Assembly (NCBI GenBank): GCA_046594875.1 | Contig: JBKJQX010000145.1 | Location: 7,849-71,848 of the forward strand | DNA from: Vicinamibacterales bacterium | GTDB taxonomy: Bacteria; Acidobacteriota; Vicinamibacteria; Vicinamibacterales; SCN-69-37 | Length of the DNA stretch: 64,000 nt | Direction: 5' to 3' | Part shown: in pieces, positions 7,643 to 16,464 of the stretch | How the letters are laid out: the number at the start of each line of letters is the position of its first letter | Numbering within the stretch: the first letter of the stretch is position 1 | Notes under the pieces: model-generated | Told to the model about the DNA's origin: nothing | The model's input: only the letters and a program-made list of their open reading frames with translations | The model's database searches: none | Translations under genes and position numbers: made by a program

Positions 7643-10198
7643 CTACCCGTCATCCTTCATGATCACCGCCGGATCGACCCGCAGCGCCCGCTGCGCTGGA
7701 ATGGCGGTCGCGGCGACGCCGGTCACAGTCAAGATGGCGGCGACCGTCGCGAACGCGACGCCGTCGAACGGGCTGAGTCCGAACAGCATGCCGTCAAGCA
7801 CCGCACTCATGGACAGCGACAACCCCAACCCCACGACCAGGCCTGCAGCCATCGCGATCCGTGCTGGCCGGAACATCGCGCTGAACACCTCGCTCCTGCG
7901 CGCGCCGAGCGCGACTCTGATGCCGATTTCCCGTCGGCGTTCTTCCACGATGTATCCGAAGACGCCGAAGATGCCGAAGGCCGCCAGGCCAAGCGCCAAC
8001 GCACTGCCGACCCTGGCCGCGCTGGCGCCGGCATGCTCATCACCGAGGCGGGCCGCGATAATGTCAGACACCGCCTGCGCATGCACGGTGACGCCCTGGT
8101 CCACGCCCTTCAACATCGCCGTCAGTTGTTCGCCGACTGCGTGCGCATCACCTCGCGCCACAAGCACGGGATAGCTGGCCGCGGCCGGCGCGATGTGAAT
8201 CATGGGCGTGATGCGTTCACGCATCGTGTAGTAGACATCCCGCGTGAGGCCGACGACCACGTACGTGGCGCTCGCGTGAATGAAGGCCTTGCCAATGGCC
8301 GGTTCGCCCGGAAAGAGACGGGCGGCACCGGCCAGATTCAGCACCGCTTCGCCCGCCGCCGGGTCGTCGGCGTACAGACGGCCATCCACCAGATCGATTC
8401 CGAGGACATCGAATGCCGTTCCCGACATCGGCACCACTTCGAGCGCCACCCGATTGGCTTCGGGTTCACCTTGGCGGCGCACCTCGGTCCACGGACCGCT
8501 GCCCATGAACGGCAATCGGCCGACCAGGGCTGTGCGGGGCAATGAGCTGCTCTCGAGTGCTGCGCGAAGAGTCTGCCGAAACGCACGTGCGGCCGATGCC
8601 GTGTCTGCGGAAGGCCCGGCTCGATTGTAGGACACCGCGACCAACCCTTCGATCGGGAAGCCCGCATCACCGTTCGTCGCGTGCGTCAGTGCGCGAGTGA
8701 GAAGTGTGGCACCGGTGAGCAATGTGATCGACAGCGCGAGCTGCCCTGTGAGCAACACGAGGCTATAACGCAGGCGGCCCGGCGTGGTCGTCTGCGTAAT
8801 GCCCTGATTCAGATTGGTGCGCGTTAACCGCCATGCCGGCAGGACGCTGAACACCACGCCCATGATCAGTGACACCAGGATGCAGTACGTGTAGACGGTG
8901 AGGTCAGGCAGCCACACGTCCCGCGCCCACACTTCAGACACGGTCATCATCGCGTCCAACATCGCGTACACCAGCACCATCGCCACACCCGCAGCCACCA
9001 TCGTCAGTGTGAGGGTTTCCGCGAGAAGCTGTCTGATGATTCGGCTGCGCCCGGCGCCCAGGGCCAGCCGTGTGCGAATCTCCCGGCTCCGCGCCATTGT
9101 CCGCGCCAGCTGGAGGTGGGCGACGTTGGCGCCCGTCAGCAGGAGCAGCACGGCGGTGAGCAACACAACGGCAGGCACTGCCACTGCGCGCAGATGGCTG
9201 GGCCCACGGTCCAGCATTCCGGTGCCCGTAACCGACACGCGCTTCTGGGACAGCACCGTCAGCTCGGCGGAGGCTCGCTGGCGCGACTGGCTGGGAGCCA
9301 GGCGACCCACGAACTCGTAGCAGCAAAAACGGTAATCCCCTGGGACCCATTCGGATGGCAGCCAGATGTCGTCGCGATACGGTTGTTGGCCACGCCAGCC
9401 CTCACGGGTCACGCCCACGATGACGTAGGAGATCTTCCCGAGATACAGGGAACGCCCGATCACGTCAGACGCGCCACTGAACCTCTCCTGCCACAGGGCA
9501 TGACTGATGATCGCCACGGGCGCCGGGTTGCCCGGCTGATCTTCGTCCGGGCGAAAATTGCGGCCGAAGGCGATTCGCACTCCGGTCACATCAAAAAATG
9601 CCGGCGTGACATACCGGCCGTACGTAATCTCCTTCTCACCGTCGGCCGCCGTGGCCGCGCGAAAAGACCCGAAGTACGTGGCCGCAGCACCCGTCAGAGT
9701 CGTGCTCTTTTCGAACCGGCGCAGTTCCTCGAGGCCTTTGCTCTCAGACGGCCGGATCGACACCAGGTCGTTGGCATGCTCCACCGGCCACGGCCGAAGC
9801 AGCAAGGCGTTGAAAGAGGTGAACATGGCGGTGCTCAACGCCACGCCAAGCGACATCGAGAGCAAGACACCAACGGTGAACGCAGGGCTGCGTCGAAGGC
9901 CGCGCACGCCATAACGGAGATCGCTGCCCAGGTCGGAGACCAGTGACGATGGGCGGCGGTGACCCGAGAGGGTTTGCCGGCCGTGTGATCCGAACCGTGC
10001 GGCCAGACCACCGACCGGTACGTCCCATGCGGCACGACAGATTCGCCGTACGGCGCCGAGCCACCCGGCCGTCTGTTGTGATTCGAGACACGCTTCGACA
10101 AACAGGCGTGCCGCGTCTGCTCCGGCGTCGCGCCGGAAGCTGCGCGGGTACGCCCACAGCAGCATCCGGTAGTACGTCGCCAGCCATCGCCTGGTCAT
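7643..10198 (-). CDS. Duplicated FtsX/MacB-type ABC permease (acidobacterial duplicated orphan permease type)
   Basis: 851 aa with two FtsX-like membrane modules. The N-terminus MTRRWLATYYRMLLWAYPRSFRR is typical of the family. A 4-nt overlap links it to the upstream PadR gene. No ATPase gene is adjacent. Confidence 0.85.
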   Translation of the reverse strand: MTRRWLATYYRMLLWAYPRSFRRDAGADAARLFVEACLESQQTAGWLGAVRRICRAAWDVPVGGLAARFGSHGRQTLSGHRRPSSLVSDLGSDLRYGVRGLRRSPAFTVGVLLSMSLGVALSTAMFTSFNALLLRPWPVEHANDLVSIRPSESKGLEELRRFEKSTTLTGAAATYFGSFRAATAADGEKEITYGRYVTPAFFDVTGVRIAFGRNFRPDEDQPGNPAPVAIISHALWQERFSGASDVIGRSLYLGKISYVIVGVTREGWRGQQPYRDDIWLPSEWVPGDYRFCCYEFVGRLAPSQSRQRASAELTVLSQKRVSVTGTGMLDRGPSHLRAVAVPAVVLLTAVLLLLTGANVAHLQLARTMARSREIRTRLALGAGRSRIIRQLLAETLTLTMVAAGVAMVLVYAMLDAMMTVSEVWARDVWLPDLTVYTYCILVSLIMGVVFSVLPAWRLTRTNLNQGITQTTTPGRLRYSLVLLTGQLALSITLLTGATLLTRALTHATNGDAGFPIEGLVAVSYNRAGPSADTASAARAFRQTLRAALESSSLPRTALVGRLPFMGSGPWTEVRRQGEPEANRVALEVVPMSGTAFDVLGIDLVDGRLYADDPAAGEAVLNLAGAARLFPGEPAIGKAFIHASATYVVVGLTRDVYYTMRERITPMIHIAPAAASYPVLVARGDAHAVGEQLTAMLKGVDQGVTVHAQAVSDIIAARLGDEHAGASAARVGSALALGLAAFGIFGVFGYIVEERRREIGIRVALGARRSEVFSAMFRPARIAMAAGLVVGLGLSLSMSAVLDGMLFGLSPFDGVAFATVAAILTVTGVAATAIPAQRALRVDPAVIMKDDG

Positions 10199-10548
10199 CG
10201 CGTCACCAGCCTGCGTGCCCGAGCGTCATCGGTGAGTCGCGCCAGGCGCTCCGACTCGGCGATCAGGATCGAGCGGCCCAGCGGCGTCAGTGCATACTCG
10301 CGTCGGCGGGAGTCGCCCCCAGACCGAGCGTGGGGCATTTCGGCCACACAAAGATCGCGCTCAAGCTTGCGCAGCAGCCGGTACAGGTTTGCCGGATCAA
10401 AGAGCACGCCGCCGGCCTGCATTTCGACGGCCCTCAACAGTCCGTGGCCGTGCAAAGGACCATCGACCAGCGCCAACAGAATCAGATAGTCACGCGGGTG
10501 CAGCGGCAGGGCCGCGGCCACGCGAGGGTCACTGGGTTTCGGTTTCAT
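10195..10548 (-). CDS. PadR family transcriptional regulator
   Basis: LPLHPRDYLILLALVDGPLHGHGLLRAVE...DPANLYRLLRKLERD is a PadR winged-helix signature. The track start is GTG 10560. I prefer ATG 10548 because of the promoter-like elements upstream. Confidence 0.85.
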   Translation of the reverse strand: MKPKPSDPRVAAALPLHPRDYLILLALVDGPLHGHGLLRAVEMQAGGVLFDPANLYRLLRKLERDLCVAEMPHARSGGDSRRREYALTPLGRSILIAESERLARLTDDARARRLVTR

Positions 10549-10556
10549 CGCCCGTG

Positions 10557-10628
10557 ACACTACTAGTCATTTGACTATGATGTCAACTGACTAACCGGTG
10601 AGAAGCGCGACGTCTGGTGTGGTCAGTC
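10557..10628. promoter_or_regulatory. Putative padR promoter/operator in the low-GC divergent region
   Basis: Four AGTCA/TGACT half-sites lie within about 65 bp: AGTCA-tt-TGACT at 10565-10576, GTCA-ac-TGACT at 10582-10592, and AGTCA at 10624-10628. On the minus strand there is a perfect TTGACA (10586-10581), an 18-nt spacer, then TAGTGT (10562-10557), 8 nt before ATG 10548. Confidence 0.35.
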
Positions 10629-10675
10629 AATTGTTCCCATTTTATACACATTTTACGTATAATAAACGGGACATA

Positions 10676-11308
10676 ATGACAAGCGAACCACCGGAAAGGA
10701 CCACGGCCAAGCTCCAGCGCCTGTATGAACTGGCCTCGGACCAGGCTGGCTACTTTACGGCGGAGCAAGCCCGCGCCCTTGGCTACAGCCCGCGATCTCT
10801 CGTGCACCACGTCGCCGTCGGACACTTCGAGCGGATCCAGCGCGGGTTCTATCGGTTGCGCGGTGTGCCCGTTCGTGCGCACGAGGATGTTGTTGCGGCC
10901 TGGGTGCGCTACCGCTCCCGAGCGGCCGTGGTCTCGCACGACACCGCACTCACCTTGTACGAGCTCGCGTCGTCGCGTTCCGAGACCATTCATCTGACGG
11001 TGCCGCGCGCCCGCCGGCTGCGCGCCGCCCAACCCGATCCGCGGGTTGCGATCCACACGACGCTGACCCCTGTCCCTCGTGCCGACGTCGCCCAGCGGTT
11101 CGGCGTCCACCTCACCACACCCGCCAGGACCATCGTCGACGTTGCGGATATTGGCGGCGACCCCCAGGTCGTCATCGAGGCGACCACCACGGCCGTGCGG
11201 TCTGGTCTGGTGTCCGCCGCGGAGCTTCAGGCGGCGGTGGGCGGCCGTTCGGTGAGAGTGTGTCGGCTCATCGACCGCGCGCTGCAGGAAGCCGACACCG
11301 ATGCGTGA
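10676..11308 (+). CDS. abiEi: AbiEi-type antitoxin/transcriptional regulator (type IV TA)
   Basis: The start of track ORF 10598-11308 is moved to ATG 10676. LYELASDQAGYFTAEQARALGYSPRSLVHHVAVGHFERIQRGFYRL matches the AbiEi N-terminal winged-helix pattern. An 8-nt overlap links it to the downstream toxin gene. Confidence 0.8.
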   Translation: MTSEPPERTTAKLQRLYELASDQAGYFTAEQARALGYSPRSLVHHVAVGHFERIQRGFYRLRGVPVRAHEDVVAAWVRYRSRAAVVSHDTALTLYELASSRSETIHLTVPRARRLRAAQPDPRVAIHTTLTPVPRADVAQRFGVHLTTPARTIVDVADIGGDPQVVIEATTTAVRSGLVSAAELQAAVGGRSVRVCRLIDRALQEADTDA

Positions 11309-12143
11309 ATACACGACCGCGGCGGGTTTCCGTACCGCCGTCGAAGCGAAGTTGCGCGAGCGCGCACGCACGCTGGGTGTGGCCGCTTACGTCGTACGGC
11401 GCCAGGCGGCGCTCGAGCGGTTGATGATGCGACTCACGAGCATCGCGCCGCATCGCTGGGCGATCAAGGGTGGTCTGGCTCTGGAGACCCGCTTCGGTGC
11501 GCGGGCGCGTGTTTCTCTCGACCTCGACATGGAGCATGCGACGAGCATCGAGTCCGCCCGTGCGGATTTGCAACGTGCCGCCGCCGAAGACGTCGGCGAC
11601 CATTTTGCGTTCGCGCTGACTGGGCAAAGCCCCATGACAGAAGGCGGTGTTGCGCTGGCGGTCCGATTCACGCTGGAAAGCAGCATTGCCGGGCGATATT
11701 TCGAGCCCCTGCAGGTTGACGTGACAGTGGCGACGCCAGACCCGTGGGACGCTGAGCCCGCGACGCGACTGGGACTTCTCTCCGACCTCGGCTTGCCACC
11801 GATTGATGTAATGGTGATTCCGCTCGAACGGCACATCGCCGAGAAGCTGCATGCCTACACCCGCACCTATCGGGGAGGAGGCACGACGCGCGGTCGCGAC
11901 CTGGCAGATCTTCTGCTGATCCATGCGCACGCCACGATCGATACCGAGCATCTGGCGCGCGAAATCCAGAAGACTTTTGCACGACGGGCCACGCATCCTG
12001 TTCCCGCGGCCCTGCCTGCACCGCCTCGAGAGTTGGCCGTCAGCTATCGGCGAGAGGCGTCACCAGTCGGACTCCCCACGGCGTTGGATGAAGCCCATCG
12101 CCAATTGGCCGCCTGGATCGACCCGATCTTGCGACGTTCGTGA
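11301..12143 (+). CDS. abiEii: AbiEii/AbiGii-family nucleotidyltransferase toxin
   Basis: 280 aa. WAIKGGLALETRFGARARVSLDLDM fits the KGGTAL...R.S.DLD motif, and ERHIAEKLHAY fits the family. The position is right for the toxin partner of AbiEi. Confidence 0.85.
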   Translation: MREYTTAAGFRTAVEAKLRERARTLGVAAYVVRRQAALERLMMRLTSIAPHRWAIKGGLALETRFGARARVSLDLDMEHATSIESARADLQRAAAEDVGDHFAFALTGQSPMTEGGVALAVRFTLESSIAGRYFEPLQVDVTVATPDPWDAEPATRLGLLSDLGLPPIDVMVIPLERHIAEKLHAYTRTYRGGGTTRGRDLADLLLIHAHATIDTEHLAREIQKTFARRATHPVPAALPAPPRELAVSYRREASPVGLPTALDEAHRQLAAWIDPILRRS

Positions 12144-12162
12144 CTGGGATCAGCCTGTGGCC

Positions 12163-12666
12163 ATGAAGCTCGCGTCGCTGGTCTTTTTTGTACTCCTGAT
12201 TCATGTGCATCAAGTGTGCAGTCCATATGAAGCCCTTGCCTGGCCGCTCAGTGCGTTCCGCGAGGGCGAGTGTGGGCCCCTCGGCTACGCGCTGTTCGGT
12301 GCGATCGCGCTGGTAACCGCCGTGTACAGCGTGGACCTCAAGCGATTCAAAGACCCGATCGAGGCCATCGACACCATCGGCTTCGGCGTGCTGCTGCTGA
12401 TGGTGTCCCTCTCCCCGAACAGGTGGCTGTTGCACAGGGTCAGCGCTTTCGCGTTGCTCGTGGGTGTGTATGTGTTTTTTGCCCTTCAGCTTCGAAACAA
12501 TCGACCGCTGATGTTCGTTCACCTCTTCGCGCCAATTGCGCTCGCGGTCGTGACGGACTTCCAGAGTTATGGGTGTTGGCAAAAGGCGTTGATCAGCTAT
12601 TTCGTGGTCGCCGCCACGATTCATCACCATGTCGCAACGCGCGACGCGATTCGCACGCAGGGGTGA
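12163..12666 (+). CDS. Hypothetical polytopic membrane protein (about 5 TM)
   Basis: ATG at 12163 inside track ORF 11923-12666, 20 nt after the abiEii stop. Hydrophobic segments include LVFFVLLIHV, YALFGAIALVTAVY, GFGVLLLMVSL, AFALLVGVYVFFAL and LFAPIALAVV. GC content is visibly lower than in the neighbouring genes. Confidence 0.55.
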   Translation: MKLASLVFFVLLIHVHQVCSPYEALAWPLSAFREGECGPLGYALFGAIALVTAVYSVDLKRFKDPIEAIDTIGFGVLLLMVSLSPNRWLLHRVSAFALLVGVYVFFALQLRNNRPLMFVHLFAPIALAVVTDFQSYGCWQKALISYFVVAATIHHHVATRDAIRTQG

Positions 12667-12742
12667 CCAACTGGACCCCGGCTCGTCGAAGGCTGCGCAA
12701 TCGAGAAGATCGTGCCAGCGGGATCGCCGCTAGAATAATGGC

Positions 12743-13099
12743 GTGAGTCCAATGCTGCGAGTGACCGAGTCCAATCCCATTTCCATTGAGGACCTGCGAC
12801 GGTTGGTGCCGGGCCGCTTTCGAGACATGACCAAAGGGGTGGTAGACCTCCGGCGGCGCCTCCTCGTTCTCGACGCCGACATGCACGCCGATCAGGAAGC
12901 GTCCCTGCTTGCCGACGGTTCGCAGCAACGCGACTTGTGGGGCATCAACCTGTATCCACAACTCGACGGTCCAGATTGGCTCGAGTTCGACTCGATGATC
13001 AACCTGCGGCCTTCTTTCGGCAACCGTTCGCGAGGGGTTGATGATCCCGCGACACAGGAAGCCATCGTGGCGTTGGTGGCGGAGCTGGTGCGTCGATGA
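12743..13099 (+). CDS. DUF5674-like protein
   Basis: 118 aa. DMTKGVVDLRRRLLVLDADMHADQEASLLADGSQQRDLWGINLYPQLDGPDWLEFDSMINLRPSFGNRSRGVDDP matches my recollection of the DUF5674 family consensus. This is from memory and needs HMM confirmation. Confidence 0.6.
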   Translation: MSPMLRVTESNPISIEDLRRLVPGRFRDMTKGVVDLRRRLLVLDADMHADQEASLLADGSQQRDLWGINLYPQLDGPDWLEFDSMINLRPSFGNRSRGVDDPATQEAIVALVAELVRR

Positions 13100-13431
13100 C
13101 GGCCGTCCAGCACCAGGATCTCGCCGCCGGACGATGGCACGACCTGTCGATCGCCGAGCAACTTGGCAACATCGGCAGCGAGGTCAGCCGTGCCATCAAG
13201 TGGACGGCGCGGCGTCCTGAGCTGGCGCGCGGCGCACTCGAACGCGCGCTCGAATTGATCGATCTCACGCTGGATGATCCCCGTCACCGCCAGTCACTGC
13301 CGCGACTGAGGGAAATCGCGCGCGTCCGCGAGGTGGTGGTGGACTTTTTCGACGGGCCCAATCAGTACCAGTCCACAGCGGCCGGACTGCAGCGCTACTT
13401 TGACGCGTACGCCTTGGCGGCTCGACCCTGA
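13096..13431 (+). CDS. Hypothetical helical protein, translationally coupled to the DUF5674-like gene
   Basis: 111 aa, with a 4-nt ATGA overlap with the upstream gene. The protein-like sequence includes LSIAEQLGNIGSEVSRAIKW and [17 protein letters not shown]. Confidence 0.55.
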   Translation: MTAVQHQDLAAGRWHDLSIAEQLGNIGSEVSRAIKWTARRPELARGALERALELIDLTLDDPRHRQSLPRLREIARVREVVVDFFDGPNQYQSTAAGLQRYFDAYALAARP

Positions 13432-13524
13432 TCTTGCCCGACGTGTCCGAACGCAGCGGCGTTGGAGGGGCGACGACTGGCGATCACGCCAACTTGATGT
13501 CGTTTGAAGCGACCCTGTATCTTG

Positions 13525-13554
13525 AGATCCTTCAGTCCTTCACGCCTCGTGTGA
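13525..13554. repeat. Solo half-copy of the intergenic hairpin repeat family (agatccttcaGTccttcaCgcctcgtgtga)
   Basis: 27 of 30 bases are identical to 16426-16455. It lies between convergent gene ends (13431 + and 13564 -). Confidence 0.7.
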
Positions 13555-13563
13555 GACCCGAAG

Positions 13564-15666
13564 TTACCCGCCGCCCGCGATCCGAAGGTTCTGCGTCTTT
13601 TTCTCGCCCTCAGCCAGCGTGACGCGCATGGCCGCAGCAGCAAGCTGCTCAAGGAAGCCGGGGTCAAACCACTCGCCCGGCTCCACATCCGTGACCGCCA
13701 CGATCATGTAGCTGCCCGGAGGCAGGTTGCGCGTGGTGAAGCGACCATCCGTACCGGGACGCACCGAGACAATCCGCCGCGACTGTGGTTGCCAATATTG
13801 CTTGTCTGACGGGAACACGATGATCGAATACTCGGATGTGGCGGCGCCAGCGGCGTCCTGCAGTGTGCCGGTGAGTTCCGTGGACTTGTCGGCAAACGTC
13901 ACCACGGCGTCGGTGATATTCATGCCCGGGCCGATCACGAGAGGGAAGTCGAGGCTGTCGCGACCACCGGCCGTCGCTGACGCGAGTTGCCAATTGACGG
14001 CTGTGCCCTGAGGCGCGGTCGCCGCTGCTGCACCACCGCCACGGCCAGCTCCCGCTGCACCACCCAGACCGGCGCCGCCGCCCTGACCAGTGCCGCGTAG
14101 CGAATATCGTCCAGGCGGCACACCCTGCAGGGTGAATCGGCCACTGGCATCCACGGAGGCCGCGGGGATATTCCCGAAGTCCACCGCCGACGCACCGACG
14201 GTCGTCAGGTTCACGCGGATGCGCGTGAGGTCGGCGGGTGGCGTGCCCTGGCCATCAAACGCAATGCGTCCCGAGATGGTCATGCCCTTCTGCAGTTGCA
14301 GACTGACGCCCGACTGGTCCGTGCCGTCCACCGCTATGTCAGCCATGGCCCACAGAATCTCCGGCGGCGGCCCGCCCTGTCCGCGCGCGCCGCCACGTCC
14401 GCCACCGCGTCCCGCCGCCGCAGGAACTTCTTCGACTGGCGCGGAAGGATCCACGACGCGCATCTGCGCCCGCGCCACCACGGAGTACTGCCCGGGAATG
14501 ACGTTGCGGAACGTGAACTGGCCGTCCTGGCCCGCGCGCGCCGTCATCGTGCCGCCGGGAAGACCGGGTAACGTATCTTTCGGCACCAGCGTGATCTGAG
14601 TGCCCGTGGGTGTCATGCCGTCAGCACCAATCACCACGCCGCCCACCTGCGAGGTCTGTGTGAGCTGCAGTTGAAAGTCCACGCCGAAGCGTTCCTGTCC
14701 GGCGGCGATTTCGACCGAGGCCGCGCTCGATGGCGACGTCGAGCCCGGATAAAACACCGGTGCGTATGCCACGGTCGGCTGCCCCTCGGGATTGAGCTGC
14801 CGCTGCAGTTGTTCGAGCGCCTGCTGGCCGCGTCCGCCGCCCATCTGCCCGAGCAAATCGCCAAGCTGCGCACCGCGACCGCCCCCGCCCTGGCCTGCGC
14901 CAAGCAGCTGCGTCATCTGCTGCACCGCAGCTTCAATCTCACTCGCGATGTTCACCTGCAGCGCCCCGGTGCCCTGATTGCGAGGCTGCGCGTAGACGAC
15001 GTATTTGCCGGGTTGGAGGCCGTAGACGCGGTACATGCCCCGGTCGTCGGTGGTGTCGTTACCGGCAGATTCCAGTCGCTTCTCGCCTGTGCGAATCACC
15101 TCACGCATCGCTCGAACCGGTGTGCCAGGCGCCGGCTCTCCGTGTTCATCCAGCACGATGCCTGTGACTACGCCGCCCCTGGGCAGCGAGATGGCCTTGG
15201 CTTCGAGCTTCTGACCGTCGGCGAGTTGAATGGGCGTGCCCGCGCGGCCTGGGGCCTTTGCGCCGTAGGCGATGTTCACGTAGCCGGCCTTCGACGTATT
15301 CACGTTGTAACGCCCGGCGGGGAGCAACGTGAAGACAAACCGCCCCTCGTTGTCGGTCAACGTGGTGCGCTGGCCCCGCAGTTCCTGGCCACTGAGGTTG
15401 ACCTGGGCCCGGCGAACGGGGGTGCCGCTGTCGCCGGTGACGACCTGTCCCAGGATCATCGCCGTGCCTGTGGCCTGCTGGACCTGGGCGTCGCGGGCGG
15501 GTTGGTTGCCGCGGCTGCCAGCACCTCTTCCTGCCTGTTGGCCGCTTTGCTGACCGGCCTGCTGGGCCGTGCCGGCCTGGCCGGCCTGCTGGGCGTGACC
15601 GACGGCCAGAAACACTGTGGCGGCCACGGCCGCGGTCAGTCCGCGAAAAACGATAGTGGTATGCAT
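13564..15666 (-). CDS. Secreted protein with multiple carboxypeptidase-regulatory-like (CarboxypepD_reg) domains
   Basis: 700 aa. Signal peptide MHTTIVFRGLTAAVAATVFLAVGHA. Repeated G.V.D..G.P...A.V motifs are followed by F....L.PG.Y segments. Q/G-rich linkers separate the domains. Confidence 0.75.
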   Translation of the reverse strand: MHTTIVFRGLTAAVAATVFLAVGHAQQAGQAGTAQQAGQQSGQQAGRGAGSRGNQPARDAQVQQATGTAMILGQVVTGDSGTPVRRAQVNLSGQELRGQRTTLTDNEGRFVFTLLPAGRYNVNTSKAGYVNIAYGAKAPGRAGTPIQLADGQKLEAKAISLPRGGVVTGIVLDEHGEPAPGTPVRAMREVIRTGEKRLESAGNDTTDDRGMYRVYGLQPGKYVVYAQPRNQGTGALQVNIASEIEAAVQQMTQLLGAGQGGGGRGAQLGDLLGQMGGGRGQQALEQLQRQLNPEGQPTVAYAPVFYPGSTSPSSAASVEIAAGQERFGVDFQLQLTQTSQVGGVVIGADGMTPTGTQITLVPKDTLPGLPGGTMTARAGQDGQFTFRNVIPGQYSVVARAQMRVVDPSAPVEEVPAAAGRGGGRGGARGQGGPPPEILWAMADIAVDGTDQSGVSLQLQKGMTISGRIAFDGQGTPPADLTRIRVNLTTVGASAVDFGNIPAASVDASGRFTLQGVPPGRYSLRGTGQGGGAGLGGAAGAGRGGGAAAATAPQGTAVNWQLASATAGGRDSLDFPLVIGPGMNITDAVVTFADKSTELTGTLQDAAGAATSEYSIIVFPSDKQYWQPQSRRIVSVRPGTDGRFTTRNLPPGSYMIVAVTDVEPGEWFDPGFLEQLAAAAMRVTLAEGEKKTQNLRIAGGG

Positions 15667-15762
15667 GCGGATTCTCTGGCCTCGACTTGTCTGCCTAGCT
15701 TACGCCCCCGAAGAAGTACCTGTTTAGACCAGCAAGGGGCTGGAGTGGTAAATTGGCCAGCT

Positions 15763-16359
15763 ATGGGATCGTCGCTGTTTTCCGCCAAGCCGTCCGTGCT
15801 GCGATGTGCGCGTTGTGGCCGATTTGTTGACTGGGCTGATGCGCGGCTTCAGTTGGTGTGCGGCTGCCGGCCCCACGTCGAATTGCCCCCCGTCATTGTC
15901 CGCCCGTGCGAAGACGCCGAGCGCACCGCGGTGCTGGACCTCTTCCAGCGCGACTTCGGCAGCACACGCGTCGGCGCGTTTGATGCGGAAGTTGCGTTGG
16001 TGGACATGCCTGCGTTGGTGGCTCTGGTGAAAGGCGATCAGCTGGCCGGCGCATTGGCGTATCGGCTGACTGAAGACGCTCTGCAGATGCTGGCGCTCGC
16101 AACCGATCCCATGTGGCAGCGTTCCGGCGTGGGTGGGCACCTGGTGACCGAGGCCGAGCGCCTCGCGAAAGAGGCTGGGCGTCACCGGGCGGTCATCGCG
16201 ACATCCAACGACAACCTTCCGGCGCTGTACTTCTACCAGCGGCAGCAGTACCGCATCACATCCATCATGCCGGGTTCGCTCATCACCCGCGCGGCCGGAC
16301 GTCCCGGCTTTGCCGGCATCGCCGTGCGCGACGAAATACGCCTGGAGAAAGAACTTTAG
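15763..16359 (+). CDS. GNAT family N-acetyltransferase with N-terminal Cys-rich (zinc-ribbon-like) segment
   Basis: ATG 15763 lies inside the long antisense track ORF 14671-16359. CARCGRF...CGC sits at the N-terminus. MWQRSGVGGHLVTEAERLAKEAG is a GNAT acetyl-CoA-binding Q/RxxGxG/A motif. Confidence 0.75.
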   Translation: MGSSLFSAKPSVLRCARCGRFVDWADARLQLVCGCRPHVELPPVIVRPCEDAERTAVLDLFQRDFGSTRVGAFDAEVALVDMPALVALVKGDQLAGALAYRLTEDALQMLALATDPMWQRSGVGGHLVTEAERLAKEAGRHRAVIATSNDNLPALYFYQRQQYRITSIMPGSLITRAAGRPGFAGIAVRDEIRLEKEL

Positions 16360-16370
16360 GGAAGGCCGAT

Positions 16371-16456
16371 TTCACACGAGGCATTAAGGACTAAAGGAAA
16401 CAGGAAGAGTTCTTGGTGAAAGAAAAGATCCTTCAAGCCTTCATGCCTCGTGTGAA
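16371..16456. repeat. Inverted-repeat element of the hairpin repeat family; possible bidirectional terminator
   Basis: Arms ttcacacgaggcattaaggactaaagga (16371-16398) and tccttcaagccttcatgcctcgtgtgaa (16429-16456) match at 25 of 28 positions, with a 30-nt AT-richer spacer. It lies between convergent genes (GNAT + and ZIP -). Confidence 0.7.
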
Positions 16457-16464
16457 TGATCGGT

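Noticed and set aside
14671-15762. 5' part of the 562-aa plus-strand ORF 14671-16359
   Set aside because: It is antisense to the 700-aa CarboxypepD_reg-like gene and has a low-complexity, Arg/Ala/Gly-rich translation. Only the portion from ATG 15763 (GNAT) is credible.
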